Positions 38,766 to 52,740 are shown, counted from the stretch's first letter. The stretch: 64,000 bases of DNA from Octopus sinensis (GCF_006345805.1 NC_043009.1:35712001-35776000), one strand, 5' to 3'. Numbers and translations: made by a program. The notes: generated from the sequence alone by a model not told the origin.

Positions 38766-40351
38766 ATGACTCTCACTTGTAGCTGGACATCTCCAGAACG
38801 AACACAGAATCGTATTTGATGAGTGTTTGGTTTACGTTTTGACTTTGTTGCACAAGTTTTAATATGTTTATCAAATAGAAAATTTTAAGTAAATAAGAAT
38901 ATAAAATAAAAAGAAATTAAAAGTTTATAAAAATATATATTCATGAAAATTTCTACAAAACAAAATTTTGTAAACATTAAAATATGTTCTTCATATTCAC
39001 AATTTACGTTCTTTTTTTGCACACATGCACATGCATATAATGAAACACAGGCACAGATATACACACCCATATAAATACTACTATACGCAAACATTTCTTT
39101 ACAACAACGCACACTTAATGAATAATCGAAACACGTTCAAATTTAAGGATGATAAAGAGATGCATATTAAAAAGATGGAAGAATGATATAAGGTACAATA
39201 AGGCATCATAGCAAAGAAATGACCTGAATTGGTAATTGGACAAGTCTTAAAAGGAGATCTGGATGATAAAAAAAGATGCTATGGATGTTAAAAAAGGTGA
39301 TATAAATGATAGAAAATGTTCATCTGTTGAAATATGTCAAAATGTATGATAAAAAAAGAATGAAAACATGATTCCTAAAAGATAATGTTTTTTAATATTC
39401 TATACATACATAAATGTATAAACTTAAAACCCACCCAAAAAAAACAAAAAAACAGGAAACCAAAATTGAATTTAATAATAGATTGGAAAATGACTGAATA
39501 TCTGAAGTGAGAAATAAAGCAAAAGCAGCTTTAAAAATGTATTTACAATGATCCAACGTAATACGAAGTCAATTGAAGTAAAACGAATTGGTGTTAATCG
39601 AAAATTGATCGGGTAACCAAAAGGGGGGAAAGTAATGAGGTGTTTTGTGGGTGGATGCACACAACAACTACAAATGATATGAAGAATAAAAGTTCTTAAG
39701 AAAAGAGTTTACCAAAGTTAACAGGATGGTTATAAAATTTCGCAATGTTTTGATTTATTCTGCCAAAAGAAGAAACAAAAATATCTTATGTGGAGTCTGT
39801 TTGGAGTCGTGTCTTGGTGCGAATCTAATCTGATATTTGTGTTGCTGGTTATTATATTTTTTATATGAGTAATATCTAACTTAGAACTCAGTTATACTTA
39901 ATTCGCAATGGAGCCTAGACCTTTCCTGATGATATGGTTGAATATCCTAGGAGCGACCAAGTAATCCCAAACATATGATTGTTTGCCTAATACCGTAAAT
40001 GCCGACATATAAGACGACTCGGCTTATAGACGTATATTCTATGCCAAGAAAAATTATTTTTTGATATTAATGGCATATAGTCCGGGGGCATTGTATAGCA
40101 ATAAGCGAAAGATCTCAATAACAGCGAAAAGGACTTTGAATCAGTGAGTGGTGCATAAATTAATCAAAACTGAAGACCGTATTGTGTACCAGTAAATGAA
40201 TTTTGGTTTGTAATTTTAATGGCCATGTCAGTGCATATGTTAAATCAATAGAAATACTGATATGCTAGAACTTCGTTCACTAATATTTTTAATAATTGGG
40301 TCAATAGATTTTGATTGGTTTACAGATGTTTTATATATATATATATATATT

Positions 40352-40427
<76 letters not shown>

Positions 40428-40529
40428 CATGCAGAAACGTAACGTTTTTTAAAAAAGGTGAATAATAAACAGATCTTTTAAAAATAATATTCTATTTATT
40501 TGACTTAAAAGCATTAAAAAGAATGTTGT

Positions 40530-40685
40530 TGGTATCCGCCATCTTTTGAACGATGAGATACTCATATCACTATTTAGCTGATTATTAGTTTTCTGACATA
40601 AGATGGCGCTCCTCGTCATTGGCTTTTGGATTTAAAATGCATGTTAATAGATCTTGTGAATAATTCATGCATTACCGGAAGTAAA
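40530..40685. promoter_or_regulatory. Promoter-like motif cluster: two oppositely oriented YY1 sites, a CCAAT box and an ETS site
   Basis: CCGCCATCTT 40536-40545, AAGATGGCG 40600-40608, ATTGG 40618-40622 and ACCGGAAGT 40674-40682, all in non-repetitive sequence. Confidence 0.5.
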
Positions 40686-40712
40686 GAAATGAATATTTTC
40701 AAGGTTTATATA

Positions 40713-41233
40713 TATTACTGGTGAAGACCGGTCCATAGGTTTACCCTGGGTTTCTCGCTAACAGAAATCCAGTATGGACCATACTGAACTCCAGAACGAA
40801 GATTTTCGGCCCCTGCTTGCATTTCAGGAGATTCTTGTTAGCGTTTTGGGAACCACATAATAGCGATAACTGCGATATTAACAATAATTACACCACAGCT
40901 GGAAATTGAGTGCTGATGAGAATAGTGGGTAACCCCCTAACCTTTAACTTCGTGGGCCGACAGGTGGCGTGACTGAAGGAGGACGATACAGCCAGAAACT
41001 GATGACCAGCAACAAAAGGAGATTATCCCCATTGTTTATACCTGTATCGTTCCCTCCTCCATATTTTAAAGAGGCCATAGGCTATCAGGATTTATGGTCT
41101 GAAGATACGCCATAGAGGTACACTTTATTGCGGGAAAACCTAGGGTAACCCTATAAACCGTCCTTCATCAGTAATTAATATAGACTGGTCTATTTCTTAG
41201 AGTACGTTTCTTCTGCGGATCTATGTTTTTGTA
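40713..41233 (+). mobile_element. 5'-truncated PLE copy: inverted partial pseudo-LTR (40713-40758), endonuclease C-terminus and pseudo-LTR
   Basis: Encodes ILNSRTKIFGPCLHFRRFLLAFWEP, matching the end of ORF 42636-43466. 40713-40758 is the reverse complement of the pseudo-LTR end. Confidence 0.85.
41091..41157 (+). ncRNA. Type I hammerhead ribozyme motif in PLE pseudo-LTR
   Basis: TTTATGGT-CTGAAGA-T ACGC...GCG G-GAAA-ACCTAGGG-TA-ACCCTATAAA. Stem III has a palindromic CCTAGG. Confidence 0.7.
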
Positions 41234-41264
41234 AAAAAAAAAAACGATTTATATCTATACGAGT

Positions 41265-41413
41265 TGCAGGCGTGGCTGTGAGGCAAGAATTTTGCTCCCC
41301 AAAAACGTTTTTCCGGGTTTAGTCCTACTGCATGTTCAGTTGGACAGGTTAGTCGGGCCTAGCAAGACTTTTTTCGTGGATTTACTTTGGTAGACGGAAA
41401 CTAAAAGAAGCCT

Positions 41414-41420
<7 letters not shown>
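41265..41420 (+). mobile_element. SINE family B 5' half running into (AT)n
   Basis: GCAGGCGTGGCTGTG head and TTGGTAGACGGAAACTAAAAGAAGCC. Confidence 0.75.
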
Positions 41421-41496
<76 letters not shown>

Positions 41497-42480
41497 GGGG
41501 AGAGAGAATAGAAGAGTGTGATTAAAAAATTCTAGATTTAGAGAGATCTTACAATATTCTACATTTTTGGGATAACACTCTAAATCTCAACATAGGTAAT
41601 TTCCACCCTTATGCTCATCACAAACAGAAAATACGTTGTAGGCGGTTCTCTATCCTCTACCCAACGATAACCAACAGCCTCTTCTCACCCATCCATAGTA
41701 TTCAAGAACCGGGTAAAAGGCATCAGCAAGAGTATTTCGAGCCTTTCATGTAGCCAAGAAGCCTTCGACGCAGCAGCCCCGTACTATAATGAGGCCCTAT
41801 CTGCCAGCGGGTTTAATGAACCCAACAGCGGCAGAAGGAAGCGTCGTAGAAATATCATTTGGTTGCCCCCATACTCCCTTAACATTATAACACACGTAGG
41901 TAGACTTTTCATTAAATTGATAGATAAGCATTTCACTATCTCCCTTAGGTACGGTCCCATATTCAACAGGCACTACGGTAGGATCTCGTATAGCTGCGCC
42001 TCAACATTAAGAGCATCCTAGTTTGAGTCACTAAGACACACGAAGAGGCTGTTGCTCATGCAGGATCCGAAGCAGTTGCCCGGTAGGAGACCACTGCGAA
42101 ACCAAAGGGGCTGCATATCAAACCGAGGTTCTAACATGACATGCTTTTAACGCCGGCAGAACCAATAACGGCCGTAGACATGATAACAAAGCCAGTAACA
42201 CACCATCGCCACCACTGCCACCATGGATGACAGCATCGCTAACAACAACAGTAGTGGCATAGCCAACAGCAGCGACGTCACCACCATCACCATTTTCACA
42301 AAGTTTCCCCGACGTCCATGATGCCAGAACTATTAACCGCTATATTAGTAGTACAAGAGACAAGTCCAGTTCTAGTAACACAGCTACCATCGCCACCACC
42401 GCAACAACTGATGGAAGCATCGCTAACAACAACGGCAGCGGCATCACCAACAGCAGCAGAACCAGTAGTGGCTATAGCAC

Positions 42481-42707
42481 TACCTATTTCTTTACTACCC
42501 ACAAAGGGGCTAAACACAGAGGGGACGAACAAAGACAGACAACTGGACTAAGTCGATTACATCGACCCCAGTGCGTGACTGGTACTTATTTAATCGACCC
42601 CGAAAGGATGAAAGGCAAAGTCGACCTCGGCGAATTTGAACTCAGAACGTAACGGCAGACGAAATACGGCTACGCATTTCGCCTGGCGTGCTAACGTTTC
42701 TGCCAGC
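42481..42707 (-). mobile_element. SINE family A copy nested in the PLE, with a 9-bp flanking direct repeat
   Basis: Reverse complement of 11158-11376. AGCACTACC occurs at 42476-42484 and 42705-42713. Confidence 0.92.
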
Positions 42708-43601
42708 ACTACCGTTGCCGCCACCACATCCTCCACCGTCTTCAGTACCAGCAGCAACGCCAACAGCCCCGACTCCATCAACAATGACATCAACACCAGT
42801 GGCAGTGCAAGCAGCAGCGACGACATTAACAGCAACAACAGCAACAACAACGACTGCACCACAGGCAACACGCTCAGGGACGGGAATATGACCGGCACCA
42901 ACACCACCCCCAACAACGCAAACACCAGCACCAGTACCAACAACAACACCACCACCAACAGTAGCAGCCCCAACTCCAGCTGCAACAACAGTTCCAACAA
43001 CAGCAGCACCTACAAAAGCAACAGGTGCAACAATAGCAGCAACAGACGCAGTGACATCACACGCCCAGAGAATTATGTAGGGTGCACTGAGAACTCTCTC
43101 AAACAGCGTATTTCTAATCATCTGTCGTCCTTCAGGGTCCCTGAAAGGAGATACATGACATCGCTGGTCAGCCATATCTGGCAATTACGAGACGCAGAGA
43201 TTCCATACTCGATCCCATGGAAAATACTCGAGAACCCAGGCCCCTACATCAACGGGACGAAACGATGCAAGTTATGCATTGCCGAACACAGGAGTATCTT
43301 TAAACACTCGCTCATGCCAGGGGGAATCCTGAACTCCAGGACGAAGATTTTCGGCCCATGCTTGTATTTTAGAAAATTCCTGCTGGCTTTTTGGAATCCG
43401 CATGGCGGTACCGCAGCCGGAAACCAATGGCCAAGGCCGAATGGAGACTATCGTTTAACTTGGTAGTGCTTTACTGATCAAAAGACGGTAGCGCAGCCGA
43501 AGATCGATGGACAATGGCAAAGGGAGATAATCACCTAGGGTTTTACCCTTAAAAACAAGGTTTTCCCCTCCATATTTTAAAGAGTTCTCAGGCCAGCATT
43601 G

Positions 43602-43669
43602 TTTGGGCTCTGAAGATACGCCATAAGGCTAAACCCCTTATGAGTGAGAAACCAGGGTAACCCCATAAA
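43602..43669 (+). ncRNA. Type I hammerhead ribozyme motif in PLE pseudo-LTR
   Basis: TTTGGGCT-CTGAAGA-TACGC CATAAGG ctaaacc CCTTATG AGTGA-GAAA-CCAGGG-TA-ACCCCATAAA. It is homologous to 41091-41157. Confidence 0.68.
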
Positions 43670-44830
43670 CCGGCCTGCTTCACAGTAATATTAACTGCTC
43701 TACATCTTAGAATGTGCTGCTCCTCCGGATTTATGTATTTCTACAAGCGATATATATATACAGATGTTGTATTTTTCTATTGTTATACATTCCTCTCCCC
43801 CTCTCTTCTATAAAAGGTACTAAATTTCACTCCATCTCCCTCTCCTTTATTCGTACCTCAATGACTCACGTTTCTGAAAATTGGTTGCTAGGTAATCGTT
43901 GAACTTTACCGTCCACTATCAAATATTACTGTATTGGAATACCCGCCAACCACGCAATAATATTTAAATTAATGCATTAAGCGATCTTTATTAAAGTCTA
44001 AGTAAAAGTGTAATTAATTACTGATTATGATTAAATTGGAGAGTGGCTTTAGAACAAGATACGAGTTAAGTGATGAGAGAATCAGGAATTTAACATGCGA
44101 CCATAAAATTCGATATCTCAGAGCAATGATTTTGTTTAAGCACCTGACCTCAGAAACTGGTTTGTGTGACATTTTGGCTTGTGTGTCACATTATGAGGTC
44201 CTCAGCTATTCCTATATCTTTTCATCAGATTCACGTCAAGAAAGAGTGTATCAACGATCTGATCATATATATTTATGGGAACATCTGAAACAAATTTTAA
44301 ATCTTTACCAAAAGCTCATACACTTCCTCTCTACTAATGTCTCTACAACACCTGCCAATTGTCGGAAATAACGAAAACCCTTGCGCAGCGCGTGGTGACG
44401 GTGATGTTGCGTTTCTCACATTTAAACAATAAATTATAAGTTTAACGTTAATAAGTGTAACATTCTTTTCCTGAAGCTACAGATGAACTCATTGAATTTT
44501 TGAAAAATCCCTGCATCAAAGAAAATACTTCTCAGATCATCTGCCAAATTTCTCAGTTTGAAAAAGTTTTGTGCAAGGTGAAATAATTAAACGCAACTCA
44601 GTACAGACAGCTGCCTATGGAAACCATTGTACTTCTTTGTGAAGGAGGAAGTTGCCACAATCTCTTTTACAGCTGACAGTTGTTGAAATATTTGACCTCA
44701 TACTGATGAACTCTGGTTTACATAAGATGCACCATGGGAACTGCTTGTGACACGTAAATAAAATGACAAAAATAATTTTGAAAAAAGAAATAAAGTATGT
44801 TGATGAGATTTTGTTTGTGTGTGTGTGTGT

Positions 44831-44879
<49 letters not shown>

Positions 44880-45056
44880 ATGACTGTAATTTTATATTTC
44901 TGTTTTGAAGGATTTTATGCGTGTATTTTAAACAATAAAATATAAAAGATTTCACTCCATCACAGTTATTGAGTTTTTTCACCCACAAATGTTTTCTGTA
45001 GCATAAGAACCCCAACGTTATTATACCTTTGTATGTGTGTATATATATGTATAGTA

Positions 45057-45087
<31 letters not shown>

Positions 45088-47504
45088 CTGTCTGTGAATG
45101 CGAGTGTGGAGGGTGTACAAATATTTCTAAGAAAACATCCAAGACCTAAAGGAACTGCTTGTCACCCATATTATCATCAGTTATTTTCCCCCCCTTTTTT
45201 GCGGTGGGGGCAGTTCCAATATTGACAGAAAGTGAAGGATGTCAGTTTGATATGTTTTTTGTTTACTTCTTCTGCATCGTCCAAATTTAAAGTGAAATAC
45301 ATCAGAAAGATAAAAACATGAGGGTTGTAGGAGTAGACGTTGCTCGTGTCTTAAAGTTATCTTCTTATAATATTAATTATTACATTAATAATTCTTCCTA
45401 ATGTTGTTAGAGGCACACGAATCTGTAAGGTAAGGGCTAGTATCGAATAAATTTTATCTACACCAGAAAAAGAAATTATCGAAAGGTAATCCGTCGGGGG
45501 TACAAGCCAATTAATACATTGATGAAAATAAAATAATGTAAATAATTTACTCCAATGATATATTTTGGTCTGTCAACCCAATGTCTTGGGGAGTGTAAAG
45601 CATATCCGTTGGCGAAATACCATTTCTTCTCCAATTTTATTTCATATGATAGTAAGAACTACATCTTTTTAGGAAATACTCTAGCTGTCATGTCATTAGT
45701 TTGAGGAACATTTTACTCCCAACAGCCGAATCTATAACTAATGAAAACAGCTCTGGAAGACTAAAATTGCAGAAAGTTTTAGCTGGTGTTGTTGTTGTTG
45801 TTTTGCAGAGATATCTCACACTGTGAGGTTTATTAGTTTGACGTGCTGAGACCAATTCATGCCTCATAACGAAGGCGAGGTTTGGTCATTTGTTCAACAA
45901 ACATTTCCGTTAAACGCACATCAACATACACCACAATAAAAGAAATAACCTAAAAGACGTGTGTTTCAGATAGCTTCTACTTGTAACTTTCCAAGATGTT
46001 CAGTGGATTAACTATGAGATATCTAGTTTTCTGACTAGCAAGCGATTATGAGGATGAAGATCAAAGAACACAATGGATATTCAAAGACAAAGAAAGGAAG
46101 GCTTTCACATCACAACAACAAGGTTTCCTTCAAACGAAATATAGAGAGCTCATCACATTCTTCCAAAACCTAAAACATTCAATAATTTCCAAGATCCAAT
46201 GATCGAGGAGAAGCTTTCCAAATGTAGGATATGTTCATGTGGTTTAAGGAAAGAATTTCAGAGATCTCAAAAACCAACATGACTTACTCCGTGAATTTAG
46301 CTCAAGTTGTGTATTAGGCAATGTGTAATTTTTAAAGAAATTGAAGAGCAAAGTTACTGTGAGTCAGAGGTCATCAAATCCAAACCTCAGTTGAAATGTG
46401 TCAAAAATATTTATGACTACAAACCTTCGAATACATCGAATTTTACCAAAATAATTTAGGAAGCCCATGATACATGCAGAAACTATATATCAAAATTCTA
46501 TGGCTAGTGCTAGAAACTTAGGAAAAGCAGATAACTTCACAAATTGCACTTGCAATCCACAGAAATAAGATATAAACTGTATCCTGCACAAATACACGCT
46601 GACAGACCAGACTTAACTGAGAGGAAACGGAAGGATATCTTATACTATATATTAGCTTAACCATTTCTGATAGATACTGGAGTGTTTATTTGTGACAAAA
46701 GTGTTTTCAAAAACATAGACTACCCTATTGCTATTTGTTGTTTATTGTGACACACACGATTGCAACAGGTTCATTTGTATAGAACAGCCAAATCTACAAA
46801 CGCTACCGAAAGAAGGGCACACATTCATAACAACTATTTCGAGAACAAACATTTTCATGTAGGTCATCAACTATTGCTAACACACATGAAGAAATTGTCT
46901 GCGCGGGTACGCTCGCACGCGCAAACACACAGTAACTGTATATATTTTTTGAAGTGTTTACAGTCATAACAGAGCTAAAACAAACTCCTACAAAACAAAC
47001 ATTGCCAGAGTAATGAATAAAGTATCAAAAGCCTTACCTTAAAGACCAATAATCACATAAGTATACAATAATATTGATGAGATAATGAATATATAATACA
47101 CGTTATAGCACAAAGACTTCCATTTAAAACATTCATTTCGCAGTCATTCTTCATTACAGTAGATATATTCGTCTCTTCAGTTGTCTATCTTTCTTCATCA
47201 TAATTTTCTATTGAAAAAAATCCATTCCAAGTTCCGGTCCACCTTTATTCATGCAGTCATATTCATTCAGAATTACAGACACAGCACAGTTCTCAACCAA
47301 GAGAGCAGCATAAAACTAATTCAAATTTTTAACAACCATAACATAAAAACCACCACAGCAGAGGTTTTGCTAACAATATAAAGACGGAAAGTGGGGATAC
47401 GCTACCAACAATGATTTGACGATTCTCCGATTCTCCAAGGTCCTTTCTAACCTCTCTCACACACATATATACATAGCGATAGGGTACAGGGGTATAAGGG
47501 GTAT

Positions 47505-47550
<46 letters not shown>

Positions 47551-48964
47551 AACACGTGACCTCCATAGGATAACGACCGTTTCGCAACATCCGCTATATA
47601 GTATTGATTTCAGTTTAGAAGCGTATATGTTTGATTTAATATGATAGTTCAGTATTATATAATAGTATATTTACAAATTAATGCAAATAAGGCTAGATCA
47701 TCAGATCAGCAGGTTATGATAATAAAACCAACAACTCTACTCTAGTGATGAATTGTTGGTACTGGATAATCCTGAGCGTAAACATGAACATGTATGTATA
47801 AATACTTCTATCCTGAAATTAATACATGAAAAAGTTTGTGAAGTGGCCGTAATAGCGCAGAAATCACGTGTTGAAGTAAGCATATATTCACCTCTTTCAC
47901 CTTCTCACTTTATTGTATAATGGAATGATATCATCGATCGGGTTTTCTTGAATTTCAAACACATGGACACTGCATTACACTTCTTTGTAATTGATGAAAA
48001 TGTGAACTGATAAGCCATGTCCGTAAGAGGACATATCTGTGATAGTTACATGACTCTCCGAATCGACTTCTTCTGTTACTAATATATGTGTGTGGGTTGG
48101 GTATGTGTGTGATGTGTGTGTGTGTGTGTGTGTGAGCGTGCATGGGTGTGTGTGTATATGTATGTATGAATATATGTATGTAGGTATGTGTGGGTGCGTG
48201 TGTGAGTGTATTTGTATATATATATGTGTGTGTGTATGTATGTATATATCGTTACAGTAAACATAACATAGAAGATTGCATAATCAACGTTAAACGCCAG
48301 AGCCTCATGAGAAATAGTAATTTACTCCGTGTTAATTGTCAACCTCTATTCATAAGCAGACTTGTAACAACGAAAGGATTAAATTACTCTTTTCTTTTAA
48401 AGCTCTGTCGTCTTACGGTGATTAAGCAATTCATGATCTTGTAATAAGAGAGTGTAACTGAATCTTCTGCTTTAGTCTGTTCTCGGATTTGTTTATAAAA
48501 ATATTATTTAAGTAGTATCTACTACATATCTGGGAAAATTCGAGGAAATTTTGAGGAGTTTTTAGCTAACTTCTCCTACATCGTTTTATCGATTTTTATG
48601 AAACTTGACACGTGAGTAGAACTCATGTCTGGAAACCTCATGGCATACTCAGGTTGTTGAGAAAATCGGTAATAGGGTCCCTGGAAGGGATCCTTATATA
48701 TATCTAATATATTCTATATTAAAATCCAAGGGAAATAACCCATTCGCCCCAGGAATGTGTCCTTATATATAGACAATGGAAATAACCCAATGATTTTCAT
48801 AAATTATTTGGTATAAATCAAATTGAATATGTTTATTTCTTATTATTTGAACTGTTAGAGTTATTTCGCAATTTATCCAGTACAACTCTTAAACAAGTAA
48901 ATAGTATTTTCCTAAACAATAGATCCACTAATTTCGGTTGGTGACTTATTCACGAATATAGCAA

Positions 48965-49440
48965 CACTAGCGCCCCTAAGGATTATATTCAAATCGACCC
49001 CAAGACTTTTTTGTAAGCCTAGTACTTATTCTATTGGTCTTTTCCCGAACCACTGAGTTACGGGGACATAAACAGATCAGCATCAAGCGATGTTGGGGGT
49101 AAGAGGAAACACACATAAACATATATATATATATATATATATACGACGGGCTTCATTCAGTTTCCGTCTACCAGATCCAAAACCTGTGTTTGATTCAGTT
49201 GAGTCAATGACCATCCAACAGCTGGAAATAAGAAGCCATTCATCTTCATTGAAAACGGTCACGTATACCAAATCACCAAGTAATAGGTATGTAAATAAAA
49301 CCAGTTGTCAGACGGTGATGGGCGACAAACACAAACAAGCATACACATGCATAAACACATACAGACATACGACGGACTTCTTTAAGTTTCTGTGTACGAA
49401 ATCCACTCAGAGGTGTCTGACGGTCCGGGACTATAGTACA
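48965..49440 (-). mobile_element. Two overlapping or adjacent SINE family B fragments
   Basis: ATACGACGGGCTTCATTCAGTTTCCGTCTACC at ~49141 and ATACGACGGACTTCTTTAAGTTTC at ~49367. Confidence 0.75.
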
Positions 49441-50106
49441 TGTACTATTTGTACATGTACTTTTAAACACACACGCACACACACACACACACTCACATAT
49501 ATAGCCTATAAAATCAATTTCTGGATCTGAAATAACGTATACGGATGACAGCCAATCGAAAATTAGAAAATCAGAAATTTGAAATTGTTTAAATGAAATG
49601 AAGGCTACAATTAAAAATACTGAAATAAAACGTATGTTAATGAGGTAAAGTCGTAATCTCTTTCTAATCTATAAAATCATCACAAAACCAAAATAACACA
49701 ACATTTATATATATTATATCAATGTCGTAAATCTCGAGTCGATAGAAATTAACTTAGTATATTTATGACTGGGATAAGTCAATCGTGGGATTGCAAATTG
49801 TCAGCGGAGATACTGTAACCCATGAGATCCTACGATTCAATAATTCCACCAGTCCACCCGCTTCTTGGATTTTTACTCGAACAGGAATGGTAAATTCAGA
49901 GGGATAAGAATTCAGAATGCAAAGAGATGGGGCAAACAATATGAGGCATTTAATCGAAGTTCCCACGACTCTATCCATTCACTCACATGTGTGTGTGTGT
50001 GTGTGTGAATTTGTATACACAACTATGTATACTGGTACATGTACATAAATACACACGCGAACACACATACACACATACACACACACAAATATGTGAGCTT
50101 GAGTGC

Positions 50107-50285
50107 AAGGGTGGTGAGATGGTGGAATCGTCAGCGCGTCAGATAAAATGCATTTCTTCCAACTCTTTAGGTTTTGGGCTCAAATCTCGTTGAAGTCATC
50201 TTTTTGTTTCCAAGTCAAATACTGGAGTCGATGTAACTGTCTTGTTCCTCCCTTCAACATTACTGGTCCTGTGCCATAGTTAGAA
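50107..50285 (+). mobile_element. SINE family A copy, heavily diverged
   Basis: AGGGTGGTGAGATGGTGGAATCGTCAGCGCG head and ACTGGAGTCGATGTAA. Confidence 0.6.
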
Positions 50286-50596
50286 AGTATATGTGTTTGT
50301 GTGAAGAACTGGAAATATAGAGAGAAAGCGGCAGATATAGAAAGGTATAATTTGGAGAGAGCTGCAAACTAGAGACGCTATTGACAAAAGCGGCTCCAAA
50401 TGGCTGAAGATTTACGAGTTGTTCCCAAACCGGATACATTTGGATGTCGTAAGTTTTTAAGAGAACTCCGTCTCTAAGACGTTTCGATACAAAATTGCAT
50501 CTCCTCGCTTTGCAGATCACATGTAATCGACGATGTCAGAAATCCTATTTATTGCCAACTCGTATTTCTTTTCACTGGTAATGAGATGAATTTGCA

Positions 50597-50627
<31 letters not shown>

Positions 50628-50799
50628 TCGTGTGGTGTATGTGTGTGAGCGTGGTGTGTCTTGCAGCAGCACTGCAGTAATCGTTATTTTTCTGTATCTA
50701 TCTCACTCCCAATCTCTCTGTTCTACTATCTCTCTCGTTTTTCAATTCGTATATACATATCTATAAATATCAATCTGTTTAGCAATCTATCTATCTATC

Positions 50800-50984
50800 A
50801 AAATATATATATATATATATATCACTATATCAAAACATACCTATATACGTATATGCATATATATGTATGTGTATATATATATATACATACATATGTATGT
50901 ATATATATATGTGTGTGTGTGTGTGTGTATATATACATATACGTATACATATACATATACATATATATATATATATATACACAC

Positions 50985-51051
<67 letters not shown>

Positions 51052-51520
51052 GTATGTATGCATATATAGAAGTAGTTAGTGCTATAGACATATGTATACA
51101 CATAATACGTATACAGCGTTATATGTATACATGTATACGAATATATGTTATATGCATATAATTATACAGATATACATATCTATCTATTTATCTATCTCTC
51201 TATCAATCTATATATACATATATATATGCAATATGCATATAGAAACTTATAGTCTCAAATATTAAAGTGTGCGCATATATATGTGTATGTATGCATGTAT
51301 GTATGTATAAATATTTATATATTCATATATTTGTGAACCTGTGTGTATGTGTGTATGTATGTATATGCAGGCATGTATGCGTATATGTATGACACATTTG
51401 TAAGCGTGAGTGTGGAGAGTTTATATCCATATCTAGATACGCGTATGAATGCATGCATACATACACATATATTCATATACATACTCATACATACATGACT
51501 ACAAAGATGTATATATATCA
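50800..51520. repeat. Compound (AT)n/(GT)n/(ATAC)n simple-sequence field
   Basis: Direct reading. It is representative of many similar fields, e.g. 9400-10170, 55370-55690, 56090-56610 and 62400-63350. Confidence 0.95.
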
Positions 51521-51985
51521 TGGCAATGGTTAATGGCCTTTCTTTTACGACTTATTGCAGCGCAACATCAATTTGTTTCACCTTTCGCCTAATAAATGCC
51601 ATACTTGCGCACTTGGTTTTTTTTTTTCTTTTCTCGTTTAGAGCTTTGAAAAGAACGGAGAAAAAATCGGGTTGAAAATATTGGAAATAGGCATCTGTAG
51701 TAAATATGGATTCTGAAAAAAGATCATCTAACCATCGAGTGATGATTATAATATTCGGATATCTAGTCAAATGTTTAGTATAGGGAAATAATATAGAAGT
51801 AAACAGTACGGGAGCGCATAAACATTTGGGCGCACGGACACATTAATACAGATATATACAGATAGTATGTTTTTTATGTGTAAATATATATATATACATA
51901 TATATGTGTGTGTGTGTGTGTTTGTGTATGCGTGCGTGTTTGTGTGGGTGCGTGCGCGTGTGTGTATATGTATGTGTGCGTATGA

Positions 51986-52028
<43 letters not shown>

Positions 52029-52450
52029 GTGTGTGTGTATGTGTGTGTGTGTGCATACACTGTAGAAGAGATATTACTCTTAATACTCAAAGTTTCAGAT
52101 TTGCTGATGTTTGCGTGACAACTATACAATGTAATAGACAGATGGATATTTCTAAAAAAAATATATCCATGGATTGTAAGTTACCGAATAAAAAATATAG
52201 AATGATTTAGACATGATATTTGAAACAATGCAATGAAATAATGGGATAACTAGTGTAATTGAGGTTATGCATATGTAACAAAATAGCTTCGTTTTATTAT
52301 TCATGTATGCAAAACTGTTTATCTGTATATGGGTGTGGGTGTGTGCATTTGCATGTGTATGTTATATATGTGAATATATATAAACATAGATATATATTAT
52401 ATACATATATATATATATATATGTGAATATATATAAACATAGATATATAT

Positions 52451-52482
<32 letters not shown>

Positions 52483-52639
52483 TTGTATATATATGTAGAA
52501 ATATATATTATGTATACGTATATGTATGTATATATATATATGTGTGTGTTTATATATATATATATTTAAAATCATCCGAAGAATCAGTGTATTAGACGGA
52601 GTCCAATAAATGTCATCATATGATTTCTCCTATAGTGAT

Positions 52640-52740
52640 TTCTCCTATAGCCATGGGACGACCAAAGCCTTGTGGGTGGATTTGGTAAACAGACTTGGTG
52701 AACGGAAACTGAAAGAAGCTCGTCGTATATATATATATGT

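Larger units (their letters stand above)
41520..43747 (+). pseudogene. Neptune-like Penelope element: RT thumb, Cys-rich linker, split GIY-YIG endonuclease and pseudo-LTR
   Basis: ISKSISSLSCSQEAFDAAAPYYNEALSASGF, RRRNIIW..PYS..THVGRLFIKLIDKHF, CCSCRIRSSCPVGDHCETKGAAYQTEV (42050-42130), then NYVGCTENSLKQRISNHLSSF...IWQL...WKIL...PYINGTKRCKLCIAEH (43071-43466). Confidence 0.92.

Noticed and set aside
42636-43466. 276-aa ORF as an intact standalone gene
   Set aside because: Its start lies inside an antisense SINE and its C-terminus is the back half of a broken PLE endonuclease.
44027-44371. 114-aa ORF, and an exon-like stretch at ~44477-44577
   Set aside because: No recognisable motif or homology. 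The length is compatible with chance and the splice signals are weak.
45900-47450. A-rich stretch resembling a decayed retroelement ORF
   Set aside because: No unambiguous RT or endonuclease motif could be read.
47560-47880. Degenerate hammerhead-like motifs (GAAACGGTC on minus at ~47576-47584, GTGAAGT...GAAATCACGTGTT at ~47838-47872)
   Set aside because: The cores carry multiple mismatches and cannot be supported without a family consensus.
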